Positions 38,817 through 52,421 of a stretch of 64,000 bases of DNA are shown here, piece after piece. The position numbers and the translations under genes were made by a program. Every line of letters starts with the position of its first letter. Within the stretch, counting starts at the first letter, position 1. Source of the DNA: Paraspadella gotoi (Eukaryota > Animalia > Chaetognatha); the NCBI GenBank assembly GCA_051294375.1, contig CM119265.1, forward strand, positions 29,288,540-29,352,539, given 5' to 3'. Below the pieces are notes generated by a model, which searched no databases, was not told where the DNA came from, and saw only the letters and a list, made by a program, of their open reading frames with translations.

Positions 38817-39248
38817 ACATCTGACACATAATTATTGAGACAAAAGATTGAATGTGTTAAAGTTTATAACATTTTATTGTAAATATAAATACAAAATATA
38901 ATTTTTTAATACTAATAACGTTAACTAAATAAAGACGAACAAGTTGAACCAAAAAAAGTCACGATTTTCTAGTGATAGATGGACGGCTAACATTTAGCTT
39001 CAAAAAATACAGTAAAGTAAATGCTGCTCCTTCTTGTTCATGATTTTGGTAGAATTGGGCAATGACTTGACGGAGCACTTCAGAGGAAATTGACTGCATC
39101 TTGAAAACGCGCGGGCCGATAAAAAAAAATTCACAGTTTGGTAGACAAACATTCGAGGCTTCATTTTAAAAAAAAAGGAGCTTTTTACGGCATCCTGGAC
39201 GCCGTCTACAGGCCCCGCAAACCGTCTCAATAATTATGTGTCAGATGT
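38817..39248 (-). mobile_element. Tc1/mariner non-autonomous deletion derivative, 432 bp
   Basis: Perfect 25-bp TIRs ACATCTGACACATAATTATTGAGAC (38817-41 and 39224-48) flanked by TA on both sides. Minus-strand 46-aa ORF 39099-38959 (MQSISSEVLRQVIAQFYQNHEQEGAAFTLLYFLKLNVSRPSITRKS) resembles a transposase N-terminal HTH. Confidence 0.85.
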
Positions 39249-39402
39249 TAGGTAATTAATCGTGTTATTTAAATATATAATGGAGTGGTCTTTTCATACA
39301 ATTGAAACATCTTTATTATTATTTTTTATTATTTTACTTCATTGATTGGAAGGACATAGACTTTGGGATTTGTGAAATTGTAAAACAGACTTGATTGAAA
39401 GC

Positions 39403-39434
<32 letters not shown>

Positions 39435-39860
39435 CTTTGGGATTTGTGAAATTGTAAAACGGACTTGATTGAAAGCTTGCAGGAATTTGCTATGTAAGTA
39501 AATGTTGTACCAATTTCGTAAATCTGACATTTTAAATTTATATATTATAATTTTCAGTCTCCAAAAATCTCTTAATTCCCAGATTTCATCTTTTTGATAA
39601 ACCAAACCGCTATAGAGCGCGAAAATCAGACACTGAAAAGACCCTGTATTGAAATTAACCCTGAAGTAAATCTTAAAATGAAACCCGAAATATAATCTAG
39701 ATGTAGAAAAAGGTCTAGTTAATATTTTAAGTGAGTAATAAGTAATAAGTAATAATGTGTAACCGAATTTCGCATTAAAATTCCCTAAAATAATTTTTTT
39801 TTATACTTCAGAACACTGCCTTTCAGTCAGTCCTTCTGTTTCTCTTTGTCAGTCTGTCTT

Positions 39861-39907
<47 letters not shown>

Positions 39908-40262
39908 AACGCCCTCTGGAGGACAGGCGGCCTAAAGTAACTGTGCTATTTATATCAGTGAGATGGAGAATGATGATGAGGAGGAGGAGGAGAGGAGGAG
40001 GAAGAGGAGGAGGAAGAGGAGGAGAATAAAGAAAAATGATTAAAAGGAGGAGGAGAAAGAGAATGAATGACAAGAAGCAAAGATGAGGAAAAAATGATCA
40101 AAATTAAAAATAATGAATCATTTAAAATAAAATTAAAAAAAAGAAAGATATAATGAAAAAAAAATAATGAAAAATATTCCAGGTGGAAAAACGATTTTGA
40201 AAAAAAAGAAATAAAAGAAATGGAGGAAAATAGGAAGAAAAATCGGACAGAAAATAATTAGG

Positions 40263-40314
<52 letters not shown>

Positions 40315-40611
40315 ATGAGCGAAAAAAATTGAGAAAAACGAGATTTAGGATTAATGAGAAAATGTCCGACTAAAACGAAAAAAATGTCAAAAATAAAATA
40401 AAAGAAAAAGAAAAGAAAAATATAAAAACAAAAGACATAAACAGACAAATGAAACTAGATATTGTTACTTTTTTTATTTTTATTGATTTACATGTTAAAA
40501 GTCGTTGAACTTAAAGATATTTAATCTCAATTTATACCCCATTTTCTCCACTTGCCCATCCCAATCTCTCTCTCCTCTCTCATCTCATCCTCTCTCTCCG
40601 GCGTATCGTCA

Positions 40612-40654
<43 letters not shown>

Positions 40655-41253
40655 AATTGGTTGTTTGATTGATTGTCGAAGTAAACAAACGGTTTGTTTT
40701 CATCACTAAAACTTAAAGTCGCAATTTTTAATTCGATGCTCCTCTTTCTGGGCGCCGATGCTTTATAGTAGATTTTATGTATTTGAATTATTTAAATGGT
40801 TTTTCTGATTTGAGCTATTTTCATTTTTTTTAAATTTTTCTGTTCCTATTTTGAAAGATTTTGTGACCTCGAGTCCGGTAATTTTTCCCTCATCATTTAG
40901 TTGACCTTTTCAGATCAGTCTTTTCATCGTTCTAGTCGCTTTCTCGAAGCTTTCTTTTAGCCGAAAATCTCGTCATGATCATAATCGTTTCTCTGGAAAA
41001 GATCGGCTGCATGGAACCGTAGTTTTTACGGAATCCAAGGATTTTCTACATGAACTTATTTTACTACATTAATTTCGCCATTTATTTACCTCTACAATAA
41101 ATAAACTTATTCACGATTTATTCGTCATTTACGTCATTTGAGATTTATAAATCCTTGCTCCATGTTGAAGACAGTTTAACCTACGACCCTCGAAGCATAC
41201 AAAATAATAAACATTTTCAACATATTTCTTTAACTTTTTATAAATTATTTTTG

Positions 41254-41510
41254 TTTTTTAGCCGGATCTGCAGATCTGCAGATCAGCAGATGCTGGCACT
41301 ATAATTCACTTTGTCGGTTTAACATTGAATTATAGAAAATTATGAAATATCCGTTCATCCGTTTGTCCGTCCGTCCGTCTGTCCGTCCATCCGTCCGTCC
41401 GTGTCTGTCCGCGTGTGTGTTGAAAGTAGTGTGTGATTAAGCAGGAAACCAAGTTTCGATGGAATTGTCCATGTGCAAATGAGTTTAAATGAAAAAAAAC
41501 TGTTTCATTA
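41254..41510 (+). mobile_element. Truncated HINE-like element
   Basis: tttttagccggatctgc...ctataattcactttgtcgg, (GTCC)n and gtgtgattaa...aagtttcgatggaat are shared with 9183-9899. Confidence 0.6.
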
Positions 41511-41562
41511 TTTAATTATGCTTATTAAATCGTAGCAAAAATATTAAAAACACCTGAGAACA

Positions 41563-41761
41563 TTTTTCGAATTACCCCAAATTTATAAATAGTACTCACC
41601 ATAGAAAATGTCATTTTCTTATTTTTGAAAGCAGATTTGAATTCCTCATGAAAATTTTTTATGAGGATTTCGAATCTGCTTTAAAAACTAAAAAAAAATA
41701 TTTTAAAATTTTGATATTTTCTATAGTGAGTATTATGTTTAAATATGGGCTAATGCGAAAA
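41563..41761. repeat. About 200-bp imperfect palindrome (MITE/foldback-like)
   Basis: Arms tttcgaattaccccaaattt..tactcaccatagaaaat..aaagcagatttgaattcctcat and atgaggatttcgaatctgcttt..attttctatagtgagta..gggctaatgcgaaa. Confidence 0.85.
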
Positions 41762-41849
41762 TTGGTAAATTAAAAAGACTGTTCATGATCAACTATTCGA
41801 ATTTTAATCTGCAACTTTACGCCTTAATGATTATTATCCTTTTTTTTTA

Positions 41850-42415
41850 TCATCCATTCTCCTTTTTTCTCAAGGCCATTTTTTCTTTTTTCCGTCATCC
41901 ATTCTCCTATTTTCTCTAGGCCATTCTCCCTTTTTTTCCGTTATCCATTCTCCTATTTTTTATCATCCATTGTCCTATTTTCTCTTGGTCATTCTCCCTT
42001 TTTTTGGTCATCCTGTTGGACTCAAATTACTGCTCATCAATCCATTCTCCTAATTTCTCTTGGCCATTTTTTAATTTTTTCCGTCATCCATTCACTTATT
42101 TTCTCTCGGCCATTCTACCTTTTTTCTGTCTTCCATTCTCCTATTTTCTATCAACCATTCTCTCATTTTCTCTCGGCCATTCTCCATTTTTTCTGTCATC
42201 CATTCTCCTATTTTCTCTCAGCCATTCTCCATTTTTTCCGTCATCCATTCTCCTATTTTCTCTCGGATATTCTCCCTTTTTTTCCGTCATCCATTCTCCT
42301 ATTTTCTCTCAGCCATTATCCATTTTTTCCGTCATCCATTCTCCTATTTTCTCTCGGCCATTCTCCCTTTTTTTCCGTCATCCATTCTCCTATTTTCTCT
42401 CGGCCATTCTCCCTC
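41850..42415. repeat. About 43-bp dimeric minisatellite
   Basis: tccgtcatccattctcctattttctctcggccattctcccttttt repeated. Confidence 0.9.
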
Positions 42416-43059
42416 TTTTTCCCGAACAAGAAAAGGCCTCGCGCCGTCGACCTCGCGCGTGGAACCAAAGGCAAATCCGATCGCCGGAGGAACTTAACCA
42501 TTTTTTCAGGTCGGAAGGCGAAATGGGCGGGATGTTGAAGGGGGGTAAAGGAAGGGAATTGGAAGAAGGGGGAGGATGTTGAAGAGGGGGAAGGGAGGGG
42601 TGTGGAAGAGCGGAAGGAGAGGAGTGTGGAAGAGGGAAGACTTTTCTGAGAAATAAGAGGTTAATAACCTCGTAATTCAATTAAATGTTTAATAAATTAA
42701 TTAAAATATCCTTTTGCGTTAATTGAGATCAAAGCCGCTAAAAAAAAGTGAAAAACAAATTGCTGACGAAACCGATTTTAAAAGTGATTTTGATGCGTGG
42801 TTTTTTGCTGGAATCAGCGGACGCGTGGTATTTCAATTTTTAAAACTCTAAATTAGAGTCTAATTGAAAGAATTCAAAAGAAAAAAAAGAGAAAAAGAAT
42901 AAAAAAATGGAAAACAAGGCGTTAGGAATTAATGAAAATTTTGGGGGATTTATGGGGATTTATGAGGATTTAAACAGAGTTAATTTTAAAAAAATCGGTT
43001 ACTTAGAGATATTTTACAAAGTCATTGATAAAAGATATCCGTAGAGCAACCATCAAGAC

Positions 43060-43670
43060 AAGATGGAAGCAGATGATGGGAGAGAAATATGGCAGATGAA
43101 GATGGCAGGCAGAGATGGCAGATAGAGATGACAGATGAAGATGGCTGATGAAGAGAGCAGATCAAGATGGCAGATGGAGATGGCAGATGAAGACGGCAGA
43201 TGATGGAAAATGGAGATGGCTGATTGAGATACCATATTAAGATAGGAGATGAAGATCGCAGATGAAGATGGAAGATGAAGATAGCAGATAGAGATGGCAG
43301 ATGAGGATGGCTGATTGAGAGGGCATATGAAGATGGCAGATAAAGACGGCAGATGATAGCAGATGAAAATGGCAGATGGAGCTGGCAGATGATGGCAGAA
43401 GAAGATTGCAGATGGAAATGGTAGATAAGGAAGGAAGAAAAAGATGGCTGATTGAGATGGCATATGAAGATGGCAGATGAAGATCGGGGATAAAGATAGC
43501 AGATGAAGATAGCACATCAAGATGGGAGATAAATATGGCAGATGAAGATGGCAAATAAAGATGGCAGATGAAGAGGTCAGATGATGATGTTAGATATAGA
43601 TGAAGAAGAAGAAGATGGCAAATAAAGATGGCAGATGAAAATGGCAGAAATAGAAGGCAATGGATGCTGA
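43060..43670. repeat. Degenerate 13-bp repeat (ATGGCAGATGAAG)n
   Basis: Direct reading of the repeat units. Confidence 0.9.
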
Positions 43671-43810
43671 TGGTAGTCACGTTGCTCGAGGCCACGAAAT
43701 GGGGGCCAACCAAAATCGCCGTCGTTGCAACCAAAGAGAAAAAAGGAAATGAGGAAATTAAAGACCTTCACGGAATGTGAGAGTCACAAGGGTGAGAGAG
43801 AGTGAGAGAA

Positions 43811-43904
<94 letters not shown>

Positions 43905-46710
43905 AAAGAGAGAGAGAGAGAACGAGAAGCTATAGCTTTTTATATCCGCAATACGATACTGGGGTCATCGACAATGGGAAGGTCATGATTGCAAACAGGA
44001 AAGGATAAATGTGAAGAATAGAAAAGAAAAGAAAAGAAAAGAAAAGAAAAGAAAAGAAAAGAAAAGAAAAGAAAAGAAAAGAAAAGAAAAGAAAAGAAAA
44101 AAAAAGAAAAAAAAAGAAAAAATGGAGAAAATAAAAGAAAATTAGAGAAAAGAAAATAAAAGAAAAGTAGAGAAAAGAAAAGAAAAGAAAAGAAAAGAAA
44201 GTTTATTGTGGTTTGTATATTAATTGATTCCTCCTTTTCTCCCCCTCTCCCTCCCTCTTCTGCCTCTCTCCCTTTCTCTCCTTCCTCCATTTCTCCCTCT
44301 CTCCCTCCCTATTCTGACTCTTCCCCTCTCTCTTCTCCCTCTCTCCCCCTCTCCTCCCTTCCTTCCTCTCACGCACCGAAATTCTGAAGTCAATATTTGA
44401 TAAAAGATTTTCCACCAAATTCATCAGTCAAAGAAAAGCCGTGCATTTTCTTCCATCCTTTCCTTCCTTCCTTCCTTCTTTCCTTTCTTTTCTTCCTTCA
44501 TTTTCTTCTTTACTTTCCTTTCTTCCTTTCCTTCCTGCCTTCCTTCCTTTACTTCCTTCCTTTGTTTTCTTCCTTCATTTTCTTCATTCATTTCCTTCCT
44601 TCCTTCCACTTCCACATTCCTTTTTTTTTTTTCCTTCTTTCTTTTCTTTTCTTCCTTCCTTTCTTTTTCTTTCATTTCCTTTTTTCCTTCCTTCTTCCTT
44701 TTCTTCCCTTTTCCGCTTTCCTTTTCTTCCTTTCTTCCTTCCTTCCTTCCTTCCTTCCTTCCTTTCCTTCCTTCCTTCCTTCCTTCCTCCTTCCTTCTTC
44801 CCTTCTTTCCTTCTTCCTTCTTCCTTCCTTCCTTTCCTTCCTTCCTTTCCTTCCTGCCTTCCTTTCTTCCCTCCTTCCTTCCTTCCTTCTTCTTGCCTTC
44901 CTTCCTTCCTTTCTGTTTCTTTTCTTTCTTTCTGTCCCTTTCCTTTTCCTTATTCACTTTCCTCTTATTTTTTTCCTTTCTTTTTTCTTTTTTTTCCTTT
45001 TTTCAAATATTTATTTTTCTTTTTAAATGTTCACATTACTAAAATAAAAATTGTAATTTTAAAAATAATGCTATATGTTTCTCGCTCCCACAACGACGAC
45101 GACAACAACGACGACGACAACGACGACGACAACAACGACGACGACAACAACAACGACGACGACAACAACGACGACGAGTTTCCTCCACAAGATTTCGTCT
45201 TCGGTTTCAAGTTTGAATTAAACTTTTTTTCGGAAGAAGGATTTTCGGAATCAATATTGATTTTGAATTTAAAAGGGAAGATTTATGAGTTTCAGCGAGA
45301 GAGAGAGAGAGANNNNNNNNNNNNNNNNNNNNNNNNNNNNNNNNNNNNNNNNNNNNNNNNNNNNNNNNNNNNNNNNNNNNNNNNNNNNNNNNNNNNNNNN
45401 NNNNNNNNNNNNNNNNNNNNNNNNNNNNNNNNNNNNNNNNNNNNNNNNNNNNNNNNNNNNNNNNNNNNNNNNNNNNNNNNNNNNNNNNNNNTACAGCACT
45501 CCCCTTCTCTTCACCTTCTCATTTTTTTAGATACGCCGAGAGTAAAAGTAACTTGTCGGTCGGTCTATCCCACTTCCATTAAAAATACTTATACTATCTA
45601 TAAAAAAAGTATATAAATTTTATGTATAGGATATCTACTCGAAAACTTGTTAGATTTAAAAATTGTTTCCGAATCATCATTGAATTTTCTTTCAATAGCT
45701 TTCTTCCATTTTTTTGTAGGTCAAATCGTTTAGAAGTTACATGCAAAAAACGATCGCTCCTCCAAATGAAAAAAATTACGGAAAAAATCATAATTAGTTC
45801 TTTATTATTTTTAGTACATGGTTATTTGTTTTTATTTCGAATAGAGTTAGTTACTTTTTTATTTTTTTAGTTTGGCAATGCTAAAGGCTTTTCACCTCTT
45901 TTTGGTTCAAAAATATGATATTATATCTCTCAGAAAAGAGGGAAAGACACGCAACATCTTATTGTCATACCTCAATTAGCTGTATAAGAGCATGCCCAGA
46001 CTCATACAGACTCACTACCTCTNNNNNNNNNNNNNNNNNNNNNNNNNNNNNNNNNNNNNNNNNNNNNNNNNNNNNNNNNNNNNNNNNNNNNNNNNNNNNN
46101 NNNNNNNNNNNNNNNNNNNNNNNNNNNNNNNNNNNNNNNNNNNNNNTCTCTCTCTCTCTCTCTCTCTTCAAGGGATCCTTAAAAGAAATCTGTGAAGAAT
46201 GTGGATGACGAAGAACACAGTCTCAATTATTGCGTTAAACTTTTTAGATGACGATAATAAAATTAAATTTAGAGAAATTTATTCTAAAAATGCCTTTAAA
46301 CTATTGAAAATAATTGGTAACATTGAAAATGTATGGAATGTAAAAAAACGGAAAAGGTTCCATTTTAAAGTTAAGATGATATGAGTATGGAATCTTTCTT
46401 TTTTTAATTAACCATTTCCTCGTTTATTTATTCAATGTCTTTTTTCTATTTGTAGATACTTTTATGTATATAACATTGTACGGCTGTCTTACGATCTTGT
46501 CATTGTAAAAGTTTTTTATTGACATTATGAGAATCAATCAATGAATCAATGAATCAATGAATCAATGAATCAATCAGTCAATCAATGAATCAATCAATTA
46601 ATCAATCAATAAATCAATCACTCTTTCTCTTATTAATCTCATCAATTCATATCAAACTTCATCGGGTCGGCGAGAGAATTAAAACGAAAACGTTATCCTT
46701 TTTAGCGAAA

Positions 46711-46768
<58 letters not shown>

Positions 46769-47176
46769 ATTCCCCTATCCCTTTTCCCTATCCCCTACCC
46801 CTATACTCTTCCCTATCTCTTTCTCTTATCCCATTCCACTATCCCTTTTCCCTATCCCCATCCCATATCGCCTACCCCTNNNNNNNNNNNNNNNNNNNNN
46901 NNNNNNNNNNNNNNNNNNNNNNNNNNNNNNNNNNNNNNNNNNNNNNNNNNNNNNNNNNNNNNNNNNNNNNNNNNNNNNNNNNNNNNNNNNNNNNNNNNNN
47001 NNNNNNNNNNNNNNNNNNNNNNNNNNNCCCTCTTTCACCCCCTTCTTCCTCTCTCGAGCATTCCCGCCCTTTAGTTTGTTTTGAGTCGAATATTTATCGC
47101 TTCCTTTCTCCTCCTCCTTTATTTTTTCCTTTTTCTTTTTTTTCCTTTTTCCTGATTTGTTGCTCTTTTGTTTCAG

Positions 47177-47277
47177 GACAGCGACGTCTACAAATGCGCC
47201 AACGTGATGAACGTCACTCTATTCGTCGTCGGGAAACCGAGGTGCTTTCCTTTGGGCGCCAAGACTTATACGTCTGG
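47177..47277 (+). CDS. Exon of the Ig-superfamily protein (F-G strands and start of the next domain)
   Basis: ttttgtttcag acceptor, gtgagt donor, phase 0-2. Reads DSDVYKCANVMNVTLFVVGKPRCFPLGAKTYTS(G). Confidence 0.85.
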
Positions 47278-47981
47278 GTGAGTGGAAAATAGAGAGGTTG
47301 GGGGAAGATAGAGGGGTAGGGGAAAGATAGAGAGGTAGGGGGAAAATAGAGAGGTGGACGGAGATAGGTGGAGGGAGATAGAGAGGTGGNNNNNNNNNNN
47401 NNNNNNNNNNNNNNNNNNNNNNNNNNNNNNNNNNNNNNNNNNNNNNNNNNNNNNNNNNNNNNNNNNNNNNNNNNNNNNNNNNNNNNNNNNNNNNNNNNNN
47501 NNNNNNNNNNNNNNNNNNNNNNNNNNNNNNNNNNNNNNNNNNNNNNNNNNNNNNNNNNNNNNNNNNNNNNNNNNNNNNNNNNNNNNNNNNNNNNNNNNNN
47601 NNNNNNNNNNNNNNNNNNNNNNNNNNNNNNNNNNNNNNNNNNNNNNNNNNNNNNNNNNNNNNNNNNNNNNNNNNNNNNNNNNNNNNNNNNNNNNNNNNNN
47701 NNNNNNCAAAAATCACCCTCCTTTCTCTTCTTGAAATTCCTCTCATGTTTTAGTCTCTTCTTCTTTTTCCATCAGATTTTTTCAAAGTGGATCATCCGCC
47801 TTCTTCCCTCCATTCGCCCCTTACCCTTTTTCAACTCTTGACCCAATTCACTATTTTAACTTACCTTTTTGAAGAAGCTCACCTCTCGCGTCAATCTCAT
47901 CTTAGTATCTTACTACATCATTTACTTTAGCTCTAATTTAAACTAACTACATCATTGAACAAATTATGCTAAATTCGATGA

Positions 47982-48217
47982 AAGGCTAACAACATCTTTA
48001 AGACTAACAACATCTTTAAGGCTAACAACATCTTTAAGGCTAACAACATCTTTATGGCTAACAACATCTTTAAGGCTAACAACATCTTTAAGGCTAACAA
48101 CATCTTTAAGACTAACAACATCTTTAAAGCTAACAACATCTTTTAGGCTAACAACATCTTTAAGGCTAACAACATCTTTAAGGCTAACAACATCTTTAAG
48201 GCTAACAACATCTTTAA
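47982..48217. repeat. 18-bp minisatellite, 13 units
   Basis: aggctaacaacatcttta repeated, which yields the (KDVVSL)n ORF. Confidence 0.95.
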
Positions 48218-48284
48218 CTCTCTCCACGCTTGACGAACTTACTCACTTACGACCTTTTCACCCCATCCCCATATTTCTCACTTT

Positions 48285-48660
48285 AGCCCCATCATTCTCA
48301 CTCTAGCCCCATCACTCTCACTCCAACTCTATCACTCTCACTCCAGCCCCATCATTCTCTCTCCANNNNNNNNNNNNNNNNNNNNNNNNNNNNNNNNNNN
48401 NNNNNNNNNNNNNNNNNNNNNNNNNNNNNNNNNNNNGGTTCAGAGTAAATAAAGGGCCTTGAGAGAGAATAATGGGGCTGGAGAGAGAATGATGAGGCTG
48501 GAGTGAGAATGTATGGGTCTAAGTGGATAAATACGGATGGCTCTGGAGAGAGATCGATGGGGCGTGGAGAGAAAATGATGGCCCGATTGGAGAGACCATC
48601 ATTCTCACTCTAGCCCCATCACTCTCACTCCAGCCCCATCATTCTCACTTCAGCTCCATC
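48285..48660. repeat. 20-bp minisatellite with an inverted central block
   Basis: ccccatcactctcactccag is forward at 48285-48365 and 48595-48660 and reversed at about 48460-48590. Confidence 0.8.
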
Positions 48661-48733
48661 TTTAGTTCCATCAGGTTATCAAATCAAAAAATCCAGGGCC
48701 TTAAGTCTCCGGGATTTTTCCAGAGACTGAAAA

Positions 48734-48771
<38 letters not shown>

Positions 48772-48989
48772 NNNNNNNNNNNNNNNNNNNNNNNNNNNNN
48801 NNNNNNNNNNNNNNNNNNNNNNNNNNNNNNNNNNNNNNNNNNNNNNNNNNNNNNNNNNNNNNNNNNNNNNNNNNNNNNNNNNNNNNNNNNNNNNNNNNNN
48901 NNNNNNNNNNNNNNNNNNNNNNNNNNNNNNNNNNNNNNNNNNNNNNNNNNNNNNNNTTGTTTTCATATTATTTATTATTTATTATTTAG

Positions 48990-49057
48990 GTCGGATCTCT
49001 ACGGGGAATACAGCTACCGATCCTCTTCCTCTTCGTCAGCGTCTTTTGTTTTGACAG
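48990..49057 (+). CDS. Small Ser-rich exon of the Ig-superfamily protein
   Basis: ttatttag acceptor, gtttgt donor, 68 nt, phase 2-1, exactly bridging the neighbouring exons. Reads (G)SDLYGEYSYRSSSSSSASFVLT(D). Confidence 0.7.
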
Positions 49058-50319
49058 GTTTGTTCTATTTCCCGCCAGATGCTTTTTGGGTGGAAAAAAA
49101 AAAGAACAAGGAGGATGTAGTTGTTAAATCGTGGAGAAATAAAACAAAGTACCATCTCGTAATGACATGGTTTGGGAACGTATTCATGTTTGTTTAAAAA
49201 GAATTTAAAATTAACCAGAACAAATATCAACCAGTCCTCTTCAAAAAAATTATGTGAGACTAACTGTCAAAGAAAGAAGCCAATAGGGAAATTACTTTTT
49301 TCCAAAGTTTAAAATATGTAAAAATTAAAAAAAATATTCATTCATAAATTTTAATATTTTCACGTCATTTTTTTTTGGCTTTCATTATATCATATATCCT
49401 TTCCTCCCTCTGTTTTTCTTTCCTCCATTTCTCTTTCTTTTCCCTTCCTCTCTCTTTGTTTTCCTCTCTTTCTCTATCCTTTCCTTTCTCTCTCTTTTCT
49501 TATCTTTCTTTTTTCTCCCACTCCCTTTCCTTTCCTCTCTTTCTCTTTCATTCCCTCTCTTTTTCTTTTTTTTCTCCCACTCCCTTTCCTTTCCTCTTAT
49601 TCTGTTTCCTTTCCTTTTCTTCTCTTTCCTTTCCTCCTTTTCTCTTTCATTTCCTCTCTTTTTTTTTCTTTCCTTTACTATCTCTTTTCTCTCCTATTTT
49701 CCTCTTTTCTTTCCTATCTTTTTTTTCTTTTCTTCACTATCTCTTTCCTTTCCTCATTTTCTCTTTCTTTTCCTCTCTTTTTCTTTTCTTTCTTTCACTA
49801 TCTTTTTCCTTTCCTTTTTTTCTCTTTCCTTAACTCTCTTTTTATTTTCTTTACTTCACTCTCCCTTTCTTTTCCTACCTTTTTCTTTTCTTTCCTCCCT
49901 CTCTCTCCCCTTTTCTTTTCCCCTTTCTCTTTCCTTTCCTCCCTCTCTCTCCCCTTTTGTTTCCTCCCATCTCGATTTCCTCAGAGACTTGTACGAAGTT
50001 GTCACTTTCCTCACGAATTTTCAATTTTTACTTTTTTTCCTTTTTTTATTTTTCTTAAGTTTATTAACATATTTTTAATTAAAAAAAGATATTTAATTTT
50101 CTTTTTTTAAATTCCGATAACTGTTGAAAAATTATCCATTAATCTAATAAAATTCTTGATATTAATTAAATTAAATAATTTCTTATTTTGTACTCAAATC
50201 AAACTATACCACTAAAAATCATATTTCATTTCTTTAAGTTCGCTATTTATATCAACGATAAATGATATATAGGTACTAACAAAAATATCGCTAAGTTTGA
50301 ATGAAAAGAAAAGTCTAAA

Positions 50320-50341
50320 GTAATCATCGTTATCGTCGTCT

Positions 50342-50373
<32 letters not shown>

Positions 50374-50450
50374 TTAATCATCGTCGGTGTATTTGTCCAT
50401 CGAAACATCACTTATTTTTAACGAAAGAAAAACAAAATGGGTTTGGCTAC

Positions 50451-50481
<31 letters not shown>

Positions 50482-51862
50482 CCCGAGAACGACAGAATGA
50501 ACCCGGACGACAACGACTAACGACGACGCAACGACCGTCCTAACCGACTGCAGGACGAAGAACGGACAACGACGATGACGACGCACGACAAATGACGACA
50601 AATCGACAAGGACGACGACGATGACGACATATGACATATGTATGACAACGATGAATGACGACAATCGACGCAAGCAGACAACGATGAACGACAACGAAAC
50701 GACAACGACACGAACGACACGCGCAGACTTCTCTGTTTTTGCTTCGGTTTTCGCCTTCACTTTATTTCTTGACCTTTGACCTTTCCCTGGATCGGCGGCG
50801 GCAGGGGCGAACGAAAGGCGTTTTTGTTGTTGTTGTTGTTGTTGTTGTTGTTTGGAATCCAGGGACTACAGGGTGGAGTCACATAATAATTCTTTTGTAT
50901 AGATGTTGTTGCGACCAAATTCGTCGTTGTTGTCGAAATCCTCATCGATGCAATCATTGTTGCAATCATGAGACTTTGTGGTCATGTTCAATGCAGCTAT
51001 CGTTGCAAGCATCGTGGTTTTAGTCTTGATCCATATAATCATTGTTGTTATTAGCGCAAGCTTTCGAGATTCATCGATGCAAGCAAAGTTATTGTTATTT
51101 CTGACATCTTCAATTCTAACTCTACTTTTTTTGATTGTCATCGTTATCGTCCTTATTGTCATCATCTTTGTCGTCTTTGTCGTCATCGTAGTCTTTATCT
51201 TTGTGGTCATCGTCGTCTCTATCGTCGTCGTTGCCATCTTCATAGTCGTCGTCGTTGTCGTCGTCTTTATCTTCGTTGTAATCCTCGTCGTTGTAGTCAT
51301 CATCGTCTTCTTCTTCGTCATCGCCATCTTCATAGTCGTTGTCATCTTTATTGTCATCGTCGTCGTCGTCTTTATCATCGTCTTCGTCGTCGTCGTTTTC
51401 ATCATCGTCGTCATCTTCATCGTCGTCGTCGTCATCTTGACTTGACTTGAAAGTCATTCGTCCAAGAAGGGACTTCCTCACTCTCAAAGCTGTCTTAGGT
51501 AGCAGACAACAGTGCCTTGAGAGTCTGCTGCCAGAATGTTGTTTAAAGAAGGTGGGGAAAGACAGAGGAAGAGAGGGAGAGAGGGAGAGAGGGGGAAGGG
51601 CTGGGCCTGGCCCACTCCGTTACCCTAGAAACAGATCGTCGTCTTCATCATCGTCGTCGTCGTCGTCTTCATCGTCGTCGTCGTCGTCGTCTTCATCGTC
51701 GTCGTCGTCGTCGTCTTCATCATCGTCGTCGTCGTCGTCTTCATCGTCGTCGTCGTCTTCATCGTCGTCGTCTTCGACATCGTCCTCGGCGCCATCAACG
51801 ATTATTTTTTCGTGAATTTTTTATTTTCTTCAAATCGAGATTTTAGTGGATTTTCACCTCGA

Positions 51863-51915
<53 letters not shown>

Positions 51916-51920
51916 AAAAG
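50320..51920. repeat. GAC/GTC trinucleotide-rich low-complexity region
   Basis: Alternating-orientation (GAC)n and (GTC)n tracts and degenerate derivatives. Confidence 0.85.
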
Positions 51921-52185
51921 CTTTAAATTTTAAATGGAATTTTAGATGTTAGAAGTAAATAAACAGAGGTCGAAGCCTTTTTATTATTAATATTACAATG
52001 GTAATACAATTATGAAATTTGTTTTTCTCTTTATAAATATTGAATAAAAAGTCAAAGAAGGAGCAAACTATACATATATATATATTTATACATTAAATTA
52101 AAATGAAAATACAATTTTTATCTTATTTATATGTTTATAAGATATACAATAATTATAATATAATATTATAATTATTCCAATTCAG

Positions 52186-52340
52186 ACGGTGAACCGACGG
52201 AACTTCAATGTCAAGTGACAGTGGCTGGTGACATCAAACCAAAACTCAGTTGGACGATGAATGGAAAAACTTTTCACGGAAGAATGAAGACCATGGACGG
52301 ATCAGTCACATCCTTTCTTCACTTCACACCCACTGAAAAG
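52186..52340 (+). CDS. Exon of the Ig-superfamily protein (B-E strands of a second, C2-like Ig domain)
   Basis: ttccaattcag acceptor, aag|gtaaag donor, phase 1-0. Reads (D)GEPTELQCQVTVAGDIKPKLSWTMNGKTFHGRMKTMDGSVTSFLHFTPTEK, with the Ig Cys and P..L.W...G. Confidence 0.9.
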
Positions 52341-52353
52341 GTAAAGGGATTCT

Positions 52354-52421
<68 letters not shown>

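Noticed and set aside
40312-40330. Other CTGATGA matches (also 33421, 43146, and minus-strand near 22225, 28975, 44422)
   Set aside because: No stem II followed by GAAA and a cleavage triplet.
47964-48227. (KDVVSL)n ORF as a repeat protein
   Set aside because: It is an 18-bp minisatellite, antisense within an intron, and lacks exon signals.
51122-51487. Asp-rich ORF resembling an acidic biomineralisation protein, and the overlapping hydrophobic ORF 50978-51445
   Set aside because: Degenerate GAC repeats like many others in the window. It is intronic, with no signal peptide or convincing splice context.
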